Source: Bacilli bacterium
GTDB taxonomy: Bacteria > Bacillota_I > Bacilli_A > RFN20 > CAG-826
Length of the DNA stretch: 64,000 nucleotides
Assembly: GCA_045117995.1 (NCBI GenBank)
Contig: JBGUOH010000003.1
Coordinates: forward strand, 216,994 to 280,993
Direction: 5' to 3'
A model generated the notes under the pieces. It made no database searches, had not been told where the DNA came from, and saw only the letters and a program-made list of their open reading frames with translations. The position numbers were made by a program, and so were the translations under genes. Positions 26,734 through 37,594 of this stretch are shown here, one piece after another. Positions within the stretch are counted from its first letter, which is position 1, and every line of letters begins with the position of its first letter.

Positions 26734-29700
26734 ATGAAGATGAATAAGCAGAAGGGTTTAGCGGTTTTATACATCTCCACAATCTCGTTATTAGTTTCGA
26801 CCATTGCTTTAAGTGTTGGCATGACAATTTCTTTGTATAAGAAATATGTTAAAGGTAATGGTACCTATGGTGAAGTATCCTTACGTTCTTACTATGAAAG
26901 CGGAAGTGGTACTGAAGATGATCCGTTTATTATTACGCGCCCACGCCACCTATATAACCTTTCTAGATTACAAGGCTTAGGCGTTTATGGCGAAAAAACA
27001 TATTTCCAACTCGGTAAAGTCGACCTAGGTGGTGTGGATTCCAATGGTGTGCCAATGTGCTACGCCGATGATAGTTCTAACGTTAAAAAACCATATCTCG
27101 ATATGAGTGATTCTGATAGAGATACCAACCCAATTAACGCGATTGGTTCAGAAGCCTTACCGTTCTATGGCGAATTCGATGGCCAAAACGTTGAAATTAA
27201 GAACCTTAATGTTTACGCAAACCCACAAGATGCTGGCTTATTTGGTTATACAGCTCATGGTTCTGAGGTTCATAACTTATTCTTAAGTAATGTGACCATT
27301 CACGCTTTAGGTTATACTTCTGATTATGCTGACTTATATAGTCCAGAAAGCACAATTGGTAACAACGCTTATTTCTCTTATAATCCAAATGATAGTTCTC
27401 CAGTCGTTAACTTTGTTAATGGCTTTGAAAATACTGAATATGCCTATTTCTTCGCGGACAACGATTTCCATTACACTGCGCAAGGTTCTTCTCCAACCCC
27501 AACAGTTTCCATTGTTGCTCCATCAAATAGTTATACGTTCACATCCTTGCTTTCTGGTGACTTAATCACCATGAATAATAACAATCAAATTGTTCCTAAT
27601 TTAGATAGAATTTTTGAATTCTTTGGCGAAAAGAAAGATGAAGAAGAAGCTAAGTTCCCACTTCAAGCTTCTTCATCAGCATCCTTAATCGTTTCAAGTG
27701 TTGATAGATATGGTCAAAAACACTCCAAAGTTCTCCTGAACTTAGAATTTGACTTTACCTTAGAATCCGATAGCGCAAACTTCATTTCTATGGGTGTTCA
27801 TCTCGCTGGTGACCATGGTAATAACATTGGTTTAATTGCCGGTCACTGTGATGGCACAATCTATGATTGTTATGTCTATAATGGCTCTTTTGAAATGAAC
27901 AATGGTGGTCAAGGTTATAGCAATTTAGAGAACGGTTCTAACTTAGGCTTAATTGGCTTAGTTGGTGGTACCGTTCAAAACATTTTAGCTAACGAATCTG
28001 ACGTCGGCGCTAAAGAAGGCAAGAACATTGGTGTTCTCGACTTTACAACAATCTATAAGGACATTATCGATAATAATGCATTCGTTGGCTCTCACGCAGC
28101 TACCGGTGGTGTTTCAGCTGGTGTTACTTTCACGCCAGTATCAACCACAAAATATATGCAATATTTAAGATACTTCGATGGACAATACATCACCAAACAA
28201 ACCTCTTCTGTAGCTTTTAAAGGTCGTTCCATCATCACCAATACCGACTTGGGTGTCTTTACTGTTGCTACTGATCCTCAAACTGGTGAAGGTACCTACT
28301 CTGGCGATCACTTAGATCAGTCTCTTGTTTTAACAGAAGATTTAACAATAAACGATAACTACTACATCTATTATTCAACAGGCGAATACAACAAAGCTTA
28401 TCACACAAGACATGGTGGTTCTTCGTTTGATAACTATATCGCTTCCTATAACACTAATAATGTCGCAAGTAGTGAATCTCATATCTTACAAGGCCATCAT
28501 TTCCCAAGAAAAGATGAAGTAACTAGAGAGTCATTCGAAACTAGAGAAGCAAGACAAAATTACTTCGTCCGTTTCCAATTAGATCCTAATTATCGTAAAG
28601 GCAAAGGCTTCTACTTCTCAGATTTAGATACTGACACAGATAGTGGTGCCTTTATGGCAAACTATTTTAACTATAAGTTAGTTGACCAAAATGGTTATCA
28701 CATTCCAATCAATACTAATAAGTGTGGTGTCATGCTTAAAACAAACCTCCGTCAAGAAGTTAGCAACCTGTCTGCTAGCTTTGGTCTTCCAGATTTAACA
28801 AAAACAATGGGTAATGACTACACTAGATCCTATTGTTTACAAGATGCTGAAGGGAATAGATATGTTGGTAATATGATCAACTTTGAGATTAAGAACGATC
28901 TTGCCAATGTTACAGTCATTGCTGCGCCTTCAGACCATTCGAAGCCTGCTGCTTTAGGTGTTTATAAACTTGATAATAGCGATTTTAGCGGTGTTTATGA
29001 TGATACATACACCCTTGAATTTACTCAAAAATACAATAACCCAGATTATGCGTTCTTTATGCCTGATGACAATCATCTTACTTATTTCGACTATCGTGTG
29101 AATGGCACCACTAATAAAGGTGAAATTGGCACATATTCAAACGCAGGTACATTCACAGTGGCTAACAATGCTAGTAATGCCACGGTTGCTAAAGAACATG
29201 GTATAACTGAACACAACTACATAAGTGGTAAGACACGCTTATTTGCTCACACATTCTGTTTACCAAGAGGTAGATATTGTATCGGTTCTGCTTCCAGTGG
29301 CTCACAATGTGTGCCAAAGGTTTATTACCTCTGTGCTCAAGGACAAGATGATGGTCAATTTGACTTTGATGATACTGTCTTCTCAAGCACAGATAGAGTT
29401 GAAAATGTTGATTTTATCAACACTTCTCGCTTTGCTGATAACGGAACAGAAAACATTCTTGTACAAGATATTACAACATACAACCCAAGTAGCCAAACTG
29501 ATGGAAACAAATTAGGCAATCGTAGATGTTACATTGCTTTAGTTAACTCTGATCGTTCAATATTCAGCGGTTCAATTCCATCTGATTTATCGTTCGAATA
29601 TGATCCTGTCAGTGGAAAATTCATCATATCATCCACTCTTCAAGGACAGGATTTAATAGATGCTATCACACGTATAGCAGTAGACAATTACAATCACCCG

Positions 29701-29787
29701 TACGCTGGCGATCCAAAACAATTAACGGTTTCATTGCTAGGCATTGAAAGTAGTGGACAAGTTATTGTTTACCCAGCTGGAGATTAG
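26734..29787 (+). CDS. Large surface protein with GSGT..DP and GLUG-like motifs
   Basis: N-terminal TM/signal; GSGTEDDPFII..HLYNL, FYGEFDG, GLFGY, NIGLIAG. Confidence 0.75.
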   Translation: MKMNKQKGLAVLYISTISLLVSTIALSVGMTISLYKKYVKGNGTYGEVSLRSYYESGSGTEDDPFIITRPRHLYNLSRLQGLGVYGEKTYFQLGKVDLGGVDSNGVPMCYADDSSNVKKPYLDMSDSDRDTNPINAIGSEALPFYGEFDGQNVEIKNLNVYANPQDAGLFGYTAHGSEVHNLFLSNVTIHALGYTSDYADLYSPESTIGNNAYFSYNPNDSSPVVNFVNGFENTEYAYFFADNDFHYTAQGSSPTPTVSIVAPSNSYTFTSLLSGDLITMNNNNQIVPNLDRIFEFFGEKKDEEEAKFPLQASSSASLIVSSVDRYGQKHSKVLLNLEFDFTLESDSANFISMGVHLAGDHGNNIGLIAGHCDGTIYDCYVYNGSFEMNNGGQGYSNLENGSNLGLIGLVGGTVQNILANESDVGAKEGKNIGVLDFTTIYKDIIDNNAFVGSHAATGGVSAGVTFTPVSTTKYMQYLRYFDGQYITKQTSSVAFKGRSIITNTDLGVFTVATDPQTGEGTYSGDHLDQSLVLTEDLTINDNYYIYYSTGEYNKAYHTRHGGSSFDNYIASYNTNNVASSESHILQGHHFPRKDEVTRESFETREARQNYFVRFQLDPNYRKGKGFYFSDLDTDTDSGAFMANYFNYKLVDQNGYHIPINTNKCGVMLKTNLRQEVSNLSASFGLPDLTKTMGNDYTRSYCLQDAEGNRYVGNMINFEIKNDLANVTVIAAPSDHSKPAALGVYKLDNSDFSGVYDDTYTLEFTQKYNNPDYAFFMPDDNHLTYFDYRVNGTTNKGEIGTYSNAGTFTVANNASNATVAKEHGITEHNYISGKTRLFAHTFCLPRGRYCIGSASSGSQCVPKVYYLCAQGQDDGQFDFDDTVFSSTDRVENVDFINTSRFADNGTENILVQDITTYNPSSQTDGNKLGNRRCYIALVNSDRSIFSGSIPSDLSFEYDPVSGKFIISSTLQGQDLIDAITRIAVDNYNHPYAGDPKQLTVSLLGIESSGQVIVYPAGD

Positions 29788-29796
29788 GAGGTAATT

Positions 29797-32700
29797 ATGA
29801 AAATTAGTAAGCTTTTAAAATGTATAGGTTTCTTCATTGCTATAATTCCTTTTAGTGGTGTTTCTTGCAAACAAAACGTAGTTTTAAACGAAACCTCATT
29901 ACCTAACTATACACATACTCCTAAATACCTCCTCGCCGGTGAATTAGATTCCATCGATGGTGATTTTGTCTATTATTCCATTAATAACGACACCGAATAC
30001 GCTGTCGCTTTAAAAGAGAGCTCAAAGAGCTTAACATCTGAACTAACAATTTTATCTGAATACAATAACAAGCCAGTTACAGGCATTTGGAGAAGTGGTT
30101 TCTACGAAAGCAATAGTACAAAGATAAACATTCCAAGTTCCATTACAGTAATTGATTATGAAGCTTTCTTAGGAAGCAAAATCACTTCTGTTTCTATCCC
30201 AGCTACTGTTACTGATATTGGAGAAGGAGCATTCTACTCTTGTAAGAGCTTAACTAAAGCAACTATCCAAAATAGTACTGCTTCCTCTACATCCTCTGCT
30301 TGTTCTTGCTCTGAAGTTATTGATAATGGCAATGGACAAGGAGTAACACACTCCACCCTTAAGACTATTCCATCGTTCTGTTTCTTTAACTGTGTTGCGT
30401 TGAAAGAGCTTGTTCTTCCTGAATCAATTGAGGAAATTGAATACGAAGCATTCAATGGTTGTCATTCTTTGTATTCCACTTTAGCGTTCATGAATCTTAA
30501 AACCATTCGTTCTAGGGCGTTCCAAAACTGTATTTCACTTAGACAAATTTATATCTCCAGCACAGCCTTCTTTGACGAGGATGAACATGGCGAACCTGCT
30601 GGCATTATTGAAGATAAAGCATTCAACGGCTGCGATTCGTCTCTATATTTCCATCTTTCTGGTGACAACGACGATATTAATACATGGCTCAATTTATCTA
30701 GAAACAAATATCACTGGAATCGTATAAGTGAATTTAGCAATCCACAAAGTGCTGATAACTTATTCGGTTACGAAATAACCGCTGGTGGTGCTTCTTATTC
30801 CAATGACTGGATTTATACAACTGATATCAGTGGTAACGTTCATATCACTTCCTATATCGGACCAACCGAAATAGAAGGGGAACCAGTGGAATTCCTTTCA
30901 TTTCCAAACGAATTACCAAGTGGTACAGGAAATTATGTTAGATCTTTTGCCACTGATGCTTTGGTCACAGTTAGAGCAAATTTAAAACGCATTTATTTGC
31001 CAACAACTCTCAAAAGAATTGATAACAGTCAATTTGATAGCAATTACACCAATTTAATCGTTGTTGATGATAATACTAAATGCTCTGCTGACCAAACACT
31101 TGTTGATCGTGAAGAGGAATTAGAAGCAAGAATCACTCTTAATGGCTTAACAAATCTTGAAGTCATTGGCACTAGAGCATTCTTAGACATGCCTAAGTTA
31201 AACACTGTTACAAAGTTATACCTTCCTTATTCATTGAAAGCAGTTGGTTCACGCGCTTTCGGCAGTAGTGAAAGCAATAAAAAACATCTCAGCAAAGTAA
31301 CTGATTTTAGATGGTATTACGATGATGATAATTCAGCATTAGAAGTCATTGGTAGAGAAGCTTTTTATAAGATGGGCAAAAATGATGAAAGTACATCGCT
31401 TAGTAATACGATTCATCAAGGATACATCGCTAATACCGCAGGTGATCATAAATATGAATTGACGACACTTGTAATTCCACGCACTTTCAAACATTTTGGT
31501 GTTACAGGTACGGATAAAAACACTTATGTGCTAAGTGAATCAGATGGCAATGATGCGCTTTCCGCTTTTGCAGTGTGCCCACTTTTAAGTACAGTTGTTT
31601 TTAAAGGTAGTAAAAAGAGTGTGTTACAAGGTAACAATCCTTCTGATAACACTATGAGTCATCTCGTTATTAGCCAACAAACATTCGCCGTTAACGAATC
31701 TTTAAGAACAATAGTTATCGAAGAAAGAGCTGGTAAATGCGTTGGTTTATTCACGCATAATGGTGAAAATAAGCCATGTATAGGTTGGTCTTCTGGCTAT
31801 AACAAAAACGATTTCGGTGGTGACCCAGGCATTCAAACAATTGTGTTGCCAAACAAATATACAACCCTTGTTGTTCAAAACCATGCATTACGCGGTAATT
31901 CTCGTAGTGCAATCTATCTTTCTGGCTTAGACAGCGGCTCAAAGATCAAAGGAAGTTCACAAACCGATTTATCAAAATTCATTTCAAATCCAGCCACTAG
32001 TGCATATAATCTTCCAGATAATAGAGTAGAAGAATGGCATGCTATTGGCTATGAAAACTCCATTGGTTATTATTTCAATCCAGATGGAAAAAATACTTTT
32101 GGGTTAAAACAAGATGCACCAATTTACACTAATGTCTTATATAAGGATACTATTGATACTTCTGGTTGCAGTGACCTTGAAGTCGAAGTTGGCACAGGTA
32201 ACACTAGAGAATATGTTGAGTCTGAAAAGTGCTCGTTTGTGACTGGCATAGTGTCAGGCAAAGCCACAATGACGAACTATTTGTATGATCGCTATAGTAG
32301 TACATTCGATGGTACCGCTAAAGTTCCAGGTGTGGTTACTAATTCTGCAGGCACAGACTTCTCTGTAAACGCTATCGGAGATAGTGCTTTCAGTGCTTGT
32401 TTCTGTGATTCAACAAGCTATTCAGGCATTGCTAATCATCCTGATTTAAGTGCGATTTCTTTGCCACACACCATTGAGACAATTGGCAATTATGCATTCA
32501 TGAGAGCCTATGGTGTGACAAAGATCTCTTCCCACAATGCAACATCCGGCGCCACAAATGGCGATTATGTCATGCCATCTTCTTTAACTTCTATTGGCAA
32601 ACACGCTTTTGCATTTTGCAATGTTCAAAAGGTGTTAAACATTCCTTTGACTTGTAAGCTCTATGAAAATGAACATGCAACAACCACTGAAACTTGTGCT

Positions 32701-34707
32701 TTCTCAAACAACTTCTCTTTGAGACAAATTACATTCGGTAATGGTGCTACTTCATCAACTTATTATGAAACTACAACATATACTGCATCTGGTGGTGGAA
32801 CTTACACATCCGCTATCTATTCCAAAGACAATGTTACTGAAAACGCTTCATCATTACTTATGGTCTTAAATAGAAATGCAGCTGATAGCTACGCTGCCTC
32901 TGACGATTTAGAAGATCGTCCTGAAAACAATATTCACCATGGCAGATTTGATGGACAATATGCTGATTATTTCCTCTATGGTGCATTTAAAATGTGTTAT
33001 TGGCTTGATTGGCTAGTTATTGGTGTTGCACCAAGTGCGATTGATCAACCATTAATCTCAGGTATCGTTAATTCGTACATTTACTTAGGTAATGAGATTC
33101 AAAACTACATCAATAATACTTGTAATTTAACAACAATATCATTTGGTGATTGCGTGTTAAGCAATGTTCCACCTTATGCGTTCTCAGGATGCGAAAAGTT
33201 AGCAAAAATCGAACTTCCTTATCGAGAAGGCGCGACAATTCCAGAAGGTTTGTTCTCGTTTGTAACAAACCCTAATATTCAATTTGTTGTTCCTTACGTA
33301 GAAAATGGAGAACCAACAACAAAGACATGTCCTGTTGGTGAACTAGATTTGACATACACCGGTTATGTGGGAGTGGACGCTAATGCTTTTAAAAACACAG
33401 GCATCACAAAAATCATTGCCCCATCAACAACCACCTTTACGCTTGAATCGGATTCATTTGCTGGTACTTCTTTAACCGAAGTTGATTTTAGAAACGTTAC
33501 AGGCAGAGTTGTTTTAAATGGTGCTTTCCGTAGTGCAACTATTGCTGCTTCCACAACATTTAAATATAACAATACTGCAAAAATTGAATTTGGCGCAGAA
33601 ACATTTAAAAACGCAACATTTACTGATCACACGTTTGTGTTCCCTGCTAAAACCGCTATTATTGGCACTTCTTGCTTTGAAGGATGTTCAACTTTGTATA
33701 ATGTTTCAGCCGCCGCTTCACTTACTGAATTGGATTCAGTGGGTTCTGATAACGCGTCAGGTTTGAACAATGATGGAAGCGATGGACTTGCAACAACATT
33801 TAAACAAATTGGTGACTATGCATTCTATATGTGCACGAATTTAAGTAATTTCGATTTTACTAATTTCAATACAATTACGAGAATTGGACATTATGCGTTT
33901 AGCATGAATAATACCATGAGTGGTACTAGCATAAACACAGAAGCGTCCATTACTAACAAAACAGCAACCATTGTTTCGAATAAAAAACTTGATCTTCCTG
34001 CATCAATTACAAATCTTGGTGTTGGAGCTTTCTACGGATGCGGAATTACAGAAGTAACAATCAATTCAACAGGCATCAAATTTGAACGTGGAAGAAATTA
34101 CACTCAAAGTTCACGTGCCAAATTAAGCAATGGTGGTTTCCAATTCAGATCTTGTTCCGAACTTACAAAGGTCTACTTTACTCATAGTGATTGTGCTTGG
34201 AATTCGCTTTATTTGGTTAAAAAAGTTGGAAATGATAGAAACAACGACCAAGCCAACTATTTCTCAAGCTGTGGGAAACTAGATTATCTCTATTTGCCTA
34301 CTGGCTTTCAACTTCAATATTTTGATAACGTGAATCCTGATGACGAAACAAAACGTCCTGACTCAATGATTTGGTCAAGCAAAAATGCTATAAAAGTTTA
34401 CTTATATCATACTTTGAATGATGTCGATCCAAATTATCATCATGGTGTTTGTATTTATTGGCACCGTACAACCACTCAACTTTATGACAACTTAGTTTAT
34501 TTCGTTGGCAACAATTTGGATGTTGCTCAAAATGTTAATGGCACATATTCATTGAAACCAACCGCTACTGGTGGCACAAGATTCTGGGCAAGAATCGGCA
34601 ATAATGATGTCTTCCTTGGAACCGCTACTGGTGTTGACAGCAACGGAATAGTTACCTTTAGCGAAGGCTACAAAGCGAATGGTTCCAGCGTGTACGCTGC
34701 ATCTTAA
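29797..34707 (+). CDS. BspA-type leucine-rich repeat (LRR_5) surface protein, probable lipoprotein
   Basis: Many IPxSVTxIGxxAFxxCxxL-type repeats; lipobox-like GVSC; RBS AGGAGG. Confidence 0.88.
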   Translation: MKISKLLKCIGFFIAIIPFSGVSCKQNVVLNETSLPNYTHTPKYLLAGELDSIDGDFVYYSINNDTEYAVALKESSKSLTSELTILSEYNNKPVTGIWRSGFYESNSTKINIPSSITVIDYEAFLGSKITSVSIPATVTDIGEGAFYSCKSLTKATIQNSTASSTSSACSCSEVIDNGNGQGVTHSTLKTIPSFCFFNCVALKELVLPESIEEIEYEAFNGCHSLYSTLAFMNLKTIRSRAFQNCISLRQIYISSTAFFDEDEHGEPAGIIEDKAFNGCDSSLYFHLSGDNDDINTWLNLSRNKYHWNRISEFSNPQSADNLFGYEITAGGASYSNDWIYTTDISGNVHITSYIGPTEIEGEPVEFLSFPNELPSGTGNYVRSFATDALVTVRANLKRIYLPTTLKRIDNSQFDSNYTNLIVVDDNTKCSADQTLVDREEELEARITLNGLTNLEVIGTRAFLDMPKLNTVTKLYLPYSLKAVGSRAFGSSESNKKHLSKVTDFRWYYDDDNSALEVIGREAFYKMGKNDESTSLSNTIHQGYIANTAGDHKYELTTLVIPRTFKHFGVTGTDKNTYVLSESDGNDALSAFAVCPLLSTVVFKGSKKSVLQGNNPSDNTMSHLVISQQTFAVNESLRTIVIEERAGKCVGLFTHNGENKPCIGWSSGYNKNDFGGDPGIQTIVLPNKYTTLVVQNHALRGNSRSAIYLSGLDSGSKIKGSSQTDLSKFISNPATSAYNLPDNRVEEWHAIGYENSIGYYFNPDGKNTFGLKQDAPIYTNVLYKDTIDTSGCSDLEVEVGTGNTREYVESEKCSFVTGIVSGKATMTNYLYDRYSSTFDGTAKVPGVVTNSAGTDFSVNAIGDSAFSACFCDSTSYSGIANHPDLSAISLPHTIETIGNYAFMRAYGVTKISSHNATSGATNGDYVMPSSLTSIGKHAFAFCNVQKVLNIPLTCKLYENEHATTTETCAFSNNFSLRQITFGNGATSSTYYETTTYTASGGGTYTSAIYSKDNVTENASSLLMVLNRNAADSYAASDDLEDRPENNIHHGRFDGQYADYFLYGAFKMCYWLDWLVIGVAPSAIDQPLISGIVNSYIYLGNEIQNYINNTCNLTTISFGDCVLSNVPPYAFSGCEKLAKIELPYREGATIPEGLFSFVTNPNIQFVVPYVENGEPTTKTCPVGELDLTYTGYVGVDANAFKNTGITKIIAPSTTTFTLESDSFAGTSLTEVDFRNVTGRVVLNGAFRSATIAASTTFKYNNTAKIEFGAETFKNATFTDHTFVFPAKTAIIGTSCFEGCSTLYNVSAAASLTELDSVGSDNASGLNNDGSDGLATTFKQIGDYAFYMCTNLSNFDFTNFNTITRIGHYAFSMNNTMSGTSINTEASITNKTATIVSNKKLDLPASITNLGVGAFYGCGITEVTINSTGIKFERGRNYTQSSRAKLSNGGFQFRSCSELTKVYFTHSDCAWNSLYLVKKVGNDRNNDQANYFSSCGKLDYLYLPTGFQLQYFDNVNPDDETKRPDSMIWSSKNAIKVYLYHTLNDVDPNYHHGVCIYWHRTTTQLYDNLVYFVGNNLDVAQNVNGTYSLKPTATGGTRFWARIGNNDVFLGTATGVDSNGIVTFSEGYKANGSSVYAAS

Positions 34708-34777
34708 TTAAACATTTACAGCATATCTTAGTTTCTTTATTAAAGGGAGCTTAGGGGAATTAGATATGTGTAAAAGA

Positions 34778-34806
34778 GCACACTCGCAAGGGTGTGCTTT
34801 CCTTTT
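34778..34806 (+). terminator. Terminator of the surface-protein operon
   Basis: GCACACTC-GCAA-GGGTGTGC plus T-rich tail. Confidence 0.8.
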
Positions 34807-34897
34807 ATACAAGCTTATTTCTTCGCGCCAATCTAAAAAGATTGAAAAAAACGTACGCGCGTATTACACTAAAATAGATTTTAGGAGGCATTATAAT

Positions 34898-36232
34898 ATG
34901 GGCCTAATTAAAGCTTTTTCTGGAGCGCTTAGCTCCACTCTTGCTGACCAATGGAAAGAGTATTTCTATTGTGAAGCTTTACCAGTTGATGTCTTAGTGG
35001 AAAAAGGACAAAAGAGAGTCAACGGTAAAAGATCATCCAACACTAAAGGTAGTGAAAACATTATTTCTAATGGTTCAGTAATCGTCGTTGCCGATGGCCA
35101 ATGTATGATTATTGTCGACCAAGGTAAAGTTGTTGAATTCGCCGCTGAACCAGGCGCTTATAAATTTGATTCCAAAACTGAATCATCTATCTTCGCAGGT
35201 TCATTTGGTGAAAGAATCATTGGTTTTTTCAAAACCATTGGTAGACGTTTCACATTCGGTGGTGACACAGGTAGTGACCAAAGAGTATATTACTTCAACA
35301 CTAAAGAATTAGTGGACAATAAGTTTGGTACACCAAACCCAGTGCCATTCAGAATCGTTGATAACAATGTCGGTTTAGACGTTGACGTTTCTGTCCGCTG
35401 CAATGGTGTGTTCTCCTATAAGATTACCAATCCAATCCTCTTCTATCAAAACGTCTGTGGTAACATCACACAAGCCTATACTAGAGGTCAATTAGATGGT
35501 CAATTAAAAACTGAATTCATTTCTGCTTTACAACCAGCCTTTGGTCGTTTATCAGAATTACAATTAAGACCAAACCAAATCATGACACACTTAACTGATT
35601 TGGAAAACGCTATGAACGGTGTCCTCGATGAAAAGTGGGGTTCATTACGTGGTATCGAAGTTATTTCTATCGCTTTAGGTTCTGTCACTCTTCCAAAAGA
35701 AGATGAAGATCTCATTAAAGAATTACAAAGAAAGAACGTTTACGCTAGAAACGCTGCTATGGCGGGTGCAACTTTAGTTGAAGCACAAGCTGAAGCTATG
35801 AAGAATGCTGCTAGTAACGCTAATGGTGCAGCCATGGGCTTCTATGGCCTCAATATGGCGGCTAATGCTGGTGGTATGAATGCTCAAGGTTTCTACCAAA
35901 TGGGCGAACAACAAAGACAACAACAACAAGCTCAACAAGCCCAACAACAAGCCGCTGGTGCTTGGACATGTCCACAATGTGGTGCGCAAGCCACAGGTAA
36001 GTTCTGCCCTGAATGTGGTACAAAGAAACCAGAAGCCGATGGTTGGGTTTGCCCACAATGTGGTACAAAAGCCACTGGTAAATTCTGCCCAGAATGTGGC
36101 ACAAAGAGACCAGAAGGCGAAAAGAGATATAAATGCAATAAATGTGGTTGGGAACCAAAACCAGGTGAAAAATTACCAAAATTCTGTCCAGAATGTGGTG
36201 ACCCAATTAATGAATTAGACGAAGTCAAATAG
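34898..36232 (+). CDS. SPFH (Band 7)-domain protein with C-terminal zinc ribbons
   Basis: NIISNGSVIVV, KFGTPNPVPF; repeated CPQCG..GKFCPECG; RBS AGGAGG before ATG 34898. Confidence 0.88.
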   Translation: MGLIKAFSGALSSTLADQWKEYFYCEALPVDVLVEKGQKRVNGKRSSNTKGSENIISNGSVIVVADGQCMIIVDQGKVVEFAAEPGAYKFDSKTESSIFAGSFGERIIGFFKTIGRRFTFGGDTGSDQRVYYFNTKELVDNKFGTPNPVPFRIVDNNVGLDVDVSVRCNGVFSYKITNPILFYQNVCGNITQAYTRGQLDGQLKTEFISALQPAFGRLSELQLRPNQIMTHLTDLENAMNGVLDEKWGSLRGIEVISIALGSVTLPKEDEDLIKELQRKNVYARNAAMAGATLVEAQAEAMKNAASNANGAAMGFYGLNMAANAGGMNAQGFYQMGEQQRQQQQAQQAQQQAAGAWTCPQCGAQATGKFCPECGTKKPEADGWVCPQCGTKATGKFCPECGTKRPEGEKRYKCNKCGWEPKPGEKLPKFCPECGDPINELDEVK

Positions 36233-36235
36233 TTT

Positions 36236-37531
36236 ATGGCAAACAAAGAATTAGAATGCCCTTGCTGTGGTGGCACACTGCATTTTGACATGCACAGCCA
36301 AGATATCGTCTGTCCATTTTGTGACTCACATTTTTCGTTAGACGATTTAAAGGCTTACACTGATGATTTAGCCACAGATAAAGAAGAAGAAACTGCTTGG
36401 GATGAATCAAGAGTACAAGAATACACCGATAAAGAAATGAAGGGTATGAAAGTCTACTCTTGTGAATCTTGTGGTGGTGAAATCATTGTGGATGAAACAG
36501 CAACATCTACTTGCTGTCCTTATTGTGGTAACAATATCCTTGTTTCCAAACAACTCGCTGGTGATTTAAAACCAAATCTTGTTATTCCGTTTAAGAATGA
36601 TAAAGATAATGTTCTTAGTAGTTTAAAATCATTCTTCAAGAAAAAACCATTATTACCAGGTTCATTCTCTAAAGATAATGTTGTCCAAGAAGTGAAACCA
36701 TTATACGTTCCATTCTGGCTCTTCGACGCTGATGTCGCTGGTAGAGTGAGATTCAAAGGTGAAACAACACGTACATGGTCTGATGCCAATTATGACTACC
36801 GTGAAACCAAATATTATTCTTTAGTTAGAGATGGTCAAATTGCCTTTGATCACGTCCCAGTTGATGGTAGTAAAAAGATGCAAGATGAATTAATGGAATC
36901 TATTGAACCATATGACTATTCAGAAGCAGTGGAATTCAATGCCGGCTATTTAGCGGGCTTTGCCGCGGATAGATATGACGTCAGTAAAGACGAAACATTC
37001 GCTAGAGCCACAACAAGATTCCGTGAAGGCACAATTCAAGCTTTTAGAAGTGATATCCATGGTTATCAAAACGTTTCTGTTGCTGATTCACAAATTCAAT
37101 TAAGTGACACTAACGCGCAATACGCTCTATATCCAGTCTGGATCTTAAACACCAAGTGGAAAGAAAAATCTTACCGTTTCGCGGTTAATGGTCAAACTGG
37201 CAAAGTTGCTGGTAACTTACCAATTTCCAAAGGAAAAGTTGCAATGTTCTGGAGTATATTCTTCCTCGTCTTCGCCCTTATTGGCTTAGGTATTGGTGCG
37301 ATTATCGAATATCTTGTTCCAGGTCTTATCGTTGGTGCGATTATCGGTGCCATCTCCTCAACAGTTATTCTTCTCGGTATGAGTAGAACAAATAAGAATG
37401 TGAGATTCCAATACGGCGCCGCGCCATATGTAAGAAATAACTCATTCCACATCACATCTAGAAGAGATATCTATTTATATAGAAAAGTCACCAAAACTCC
37501 ACGTGCGTCATCCAGTTCATCAAGACGCTAA
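36236..37531 (+). CDS. Zinc-ribbon membrane protein, usual SPFH partner
   Basis: CPCCGG, CPFC, CESCGG, CPYCG; YVPFWLF, PVW, VNGQTGK; 2 C-terminal TM segments. Confidence 0.82.
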   Translation: MANKELECPCCGGTLHFDMHSQDIVCPFCDSHFSLDDLKAYTDDLATDKEEETAWDESRVQEYTDKEMKGMKVYSCESCGGEIIVDETATSTCCPYCGNNILVSKQLAGDLKPNLVIPFKNDKDNVLSSLKSFFKKKPLLPGSFSKDNVVQEVKPLYVPFWLFDADVAGRVRFKGETTRTWSDANYDYRETKYYSLVRDGQIAFDHVPVDGSKKMQDELMESIEPYDYSEAVEFNAGYLAGFAADRYDVSKDETFARATTRFREGTIQAFRSDIHGYQNVSVADSQIQLSDTNAQYALYPVWILNTKWKEKSYRFAVNGQTGKVAGNLPISKGKVAMFWSIFFLVFALIGLGIGAIIEYLVPGLIVGAIIGAISSTVILLGMSRTNKNVRFQYGAAPYVRNNSFHITSRRDIYLYRKVTKTPRASSSSSRR

Positions 37532-37549
37532 AGGAATAAAAGCAAACTT

Positions 37550-37580
37550 AAAAGGTAGCCGATCAAACGGCTACCTTTTT
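37550..37580. terminator. Bidirectional terminator
   Basis: AAAAGGTAGCCG-ATCAAA-CGGCTACCTTTTT. Confidence 0.85.
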
Positions 37581-37594
37581 GTGTTATCAATTAG

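Noticed and set aside
34722..34768. Long imperfect hairpin CATATCT...AGATATG after the LRR gene
   Set aside because: No recognisable RNA family motif; adequately explained as 3' UTR structure before the terminator
35774..36291. Several overlapping 94-119 aa ORFs
   Set aside because: Shadows of the repetitive Gln/Zn-ribbon tail of the SPFH gene
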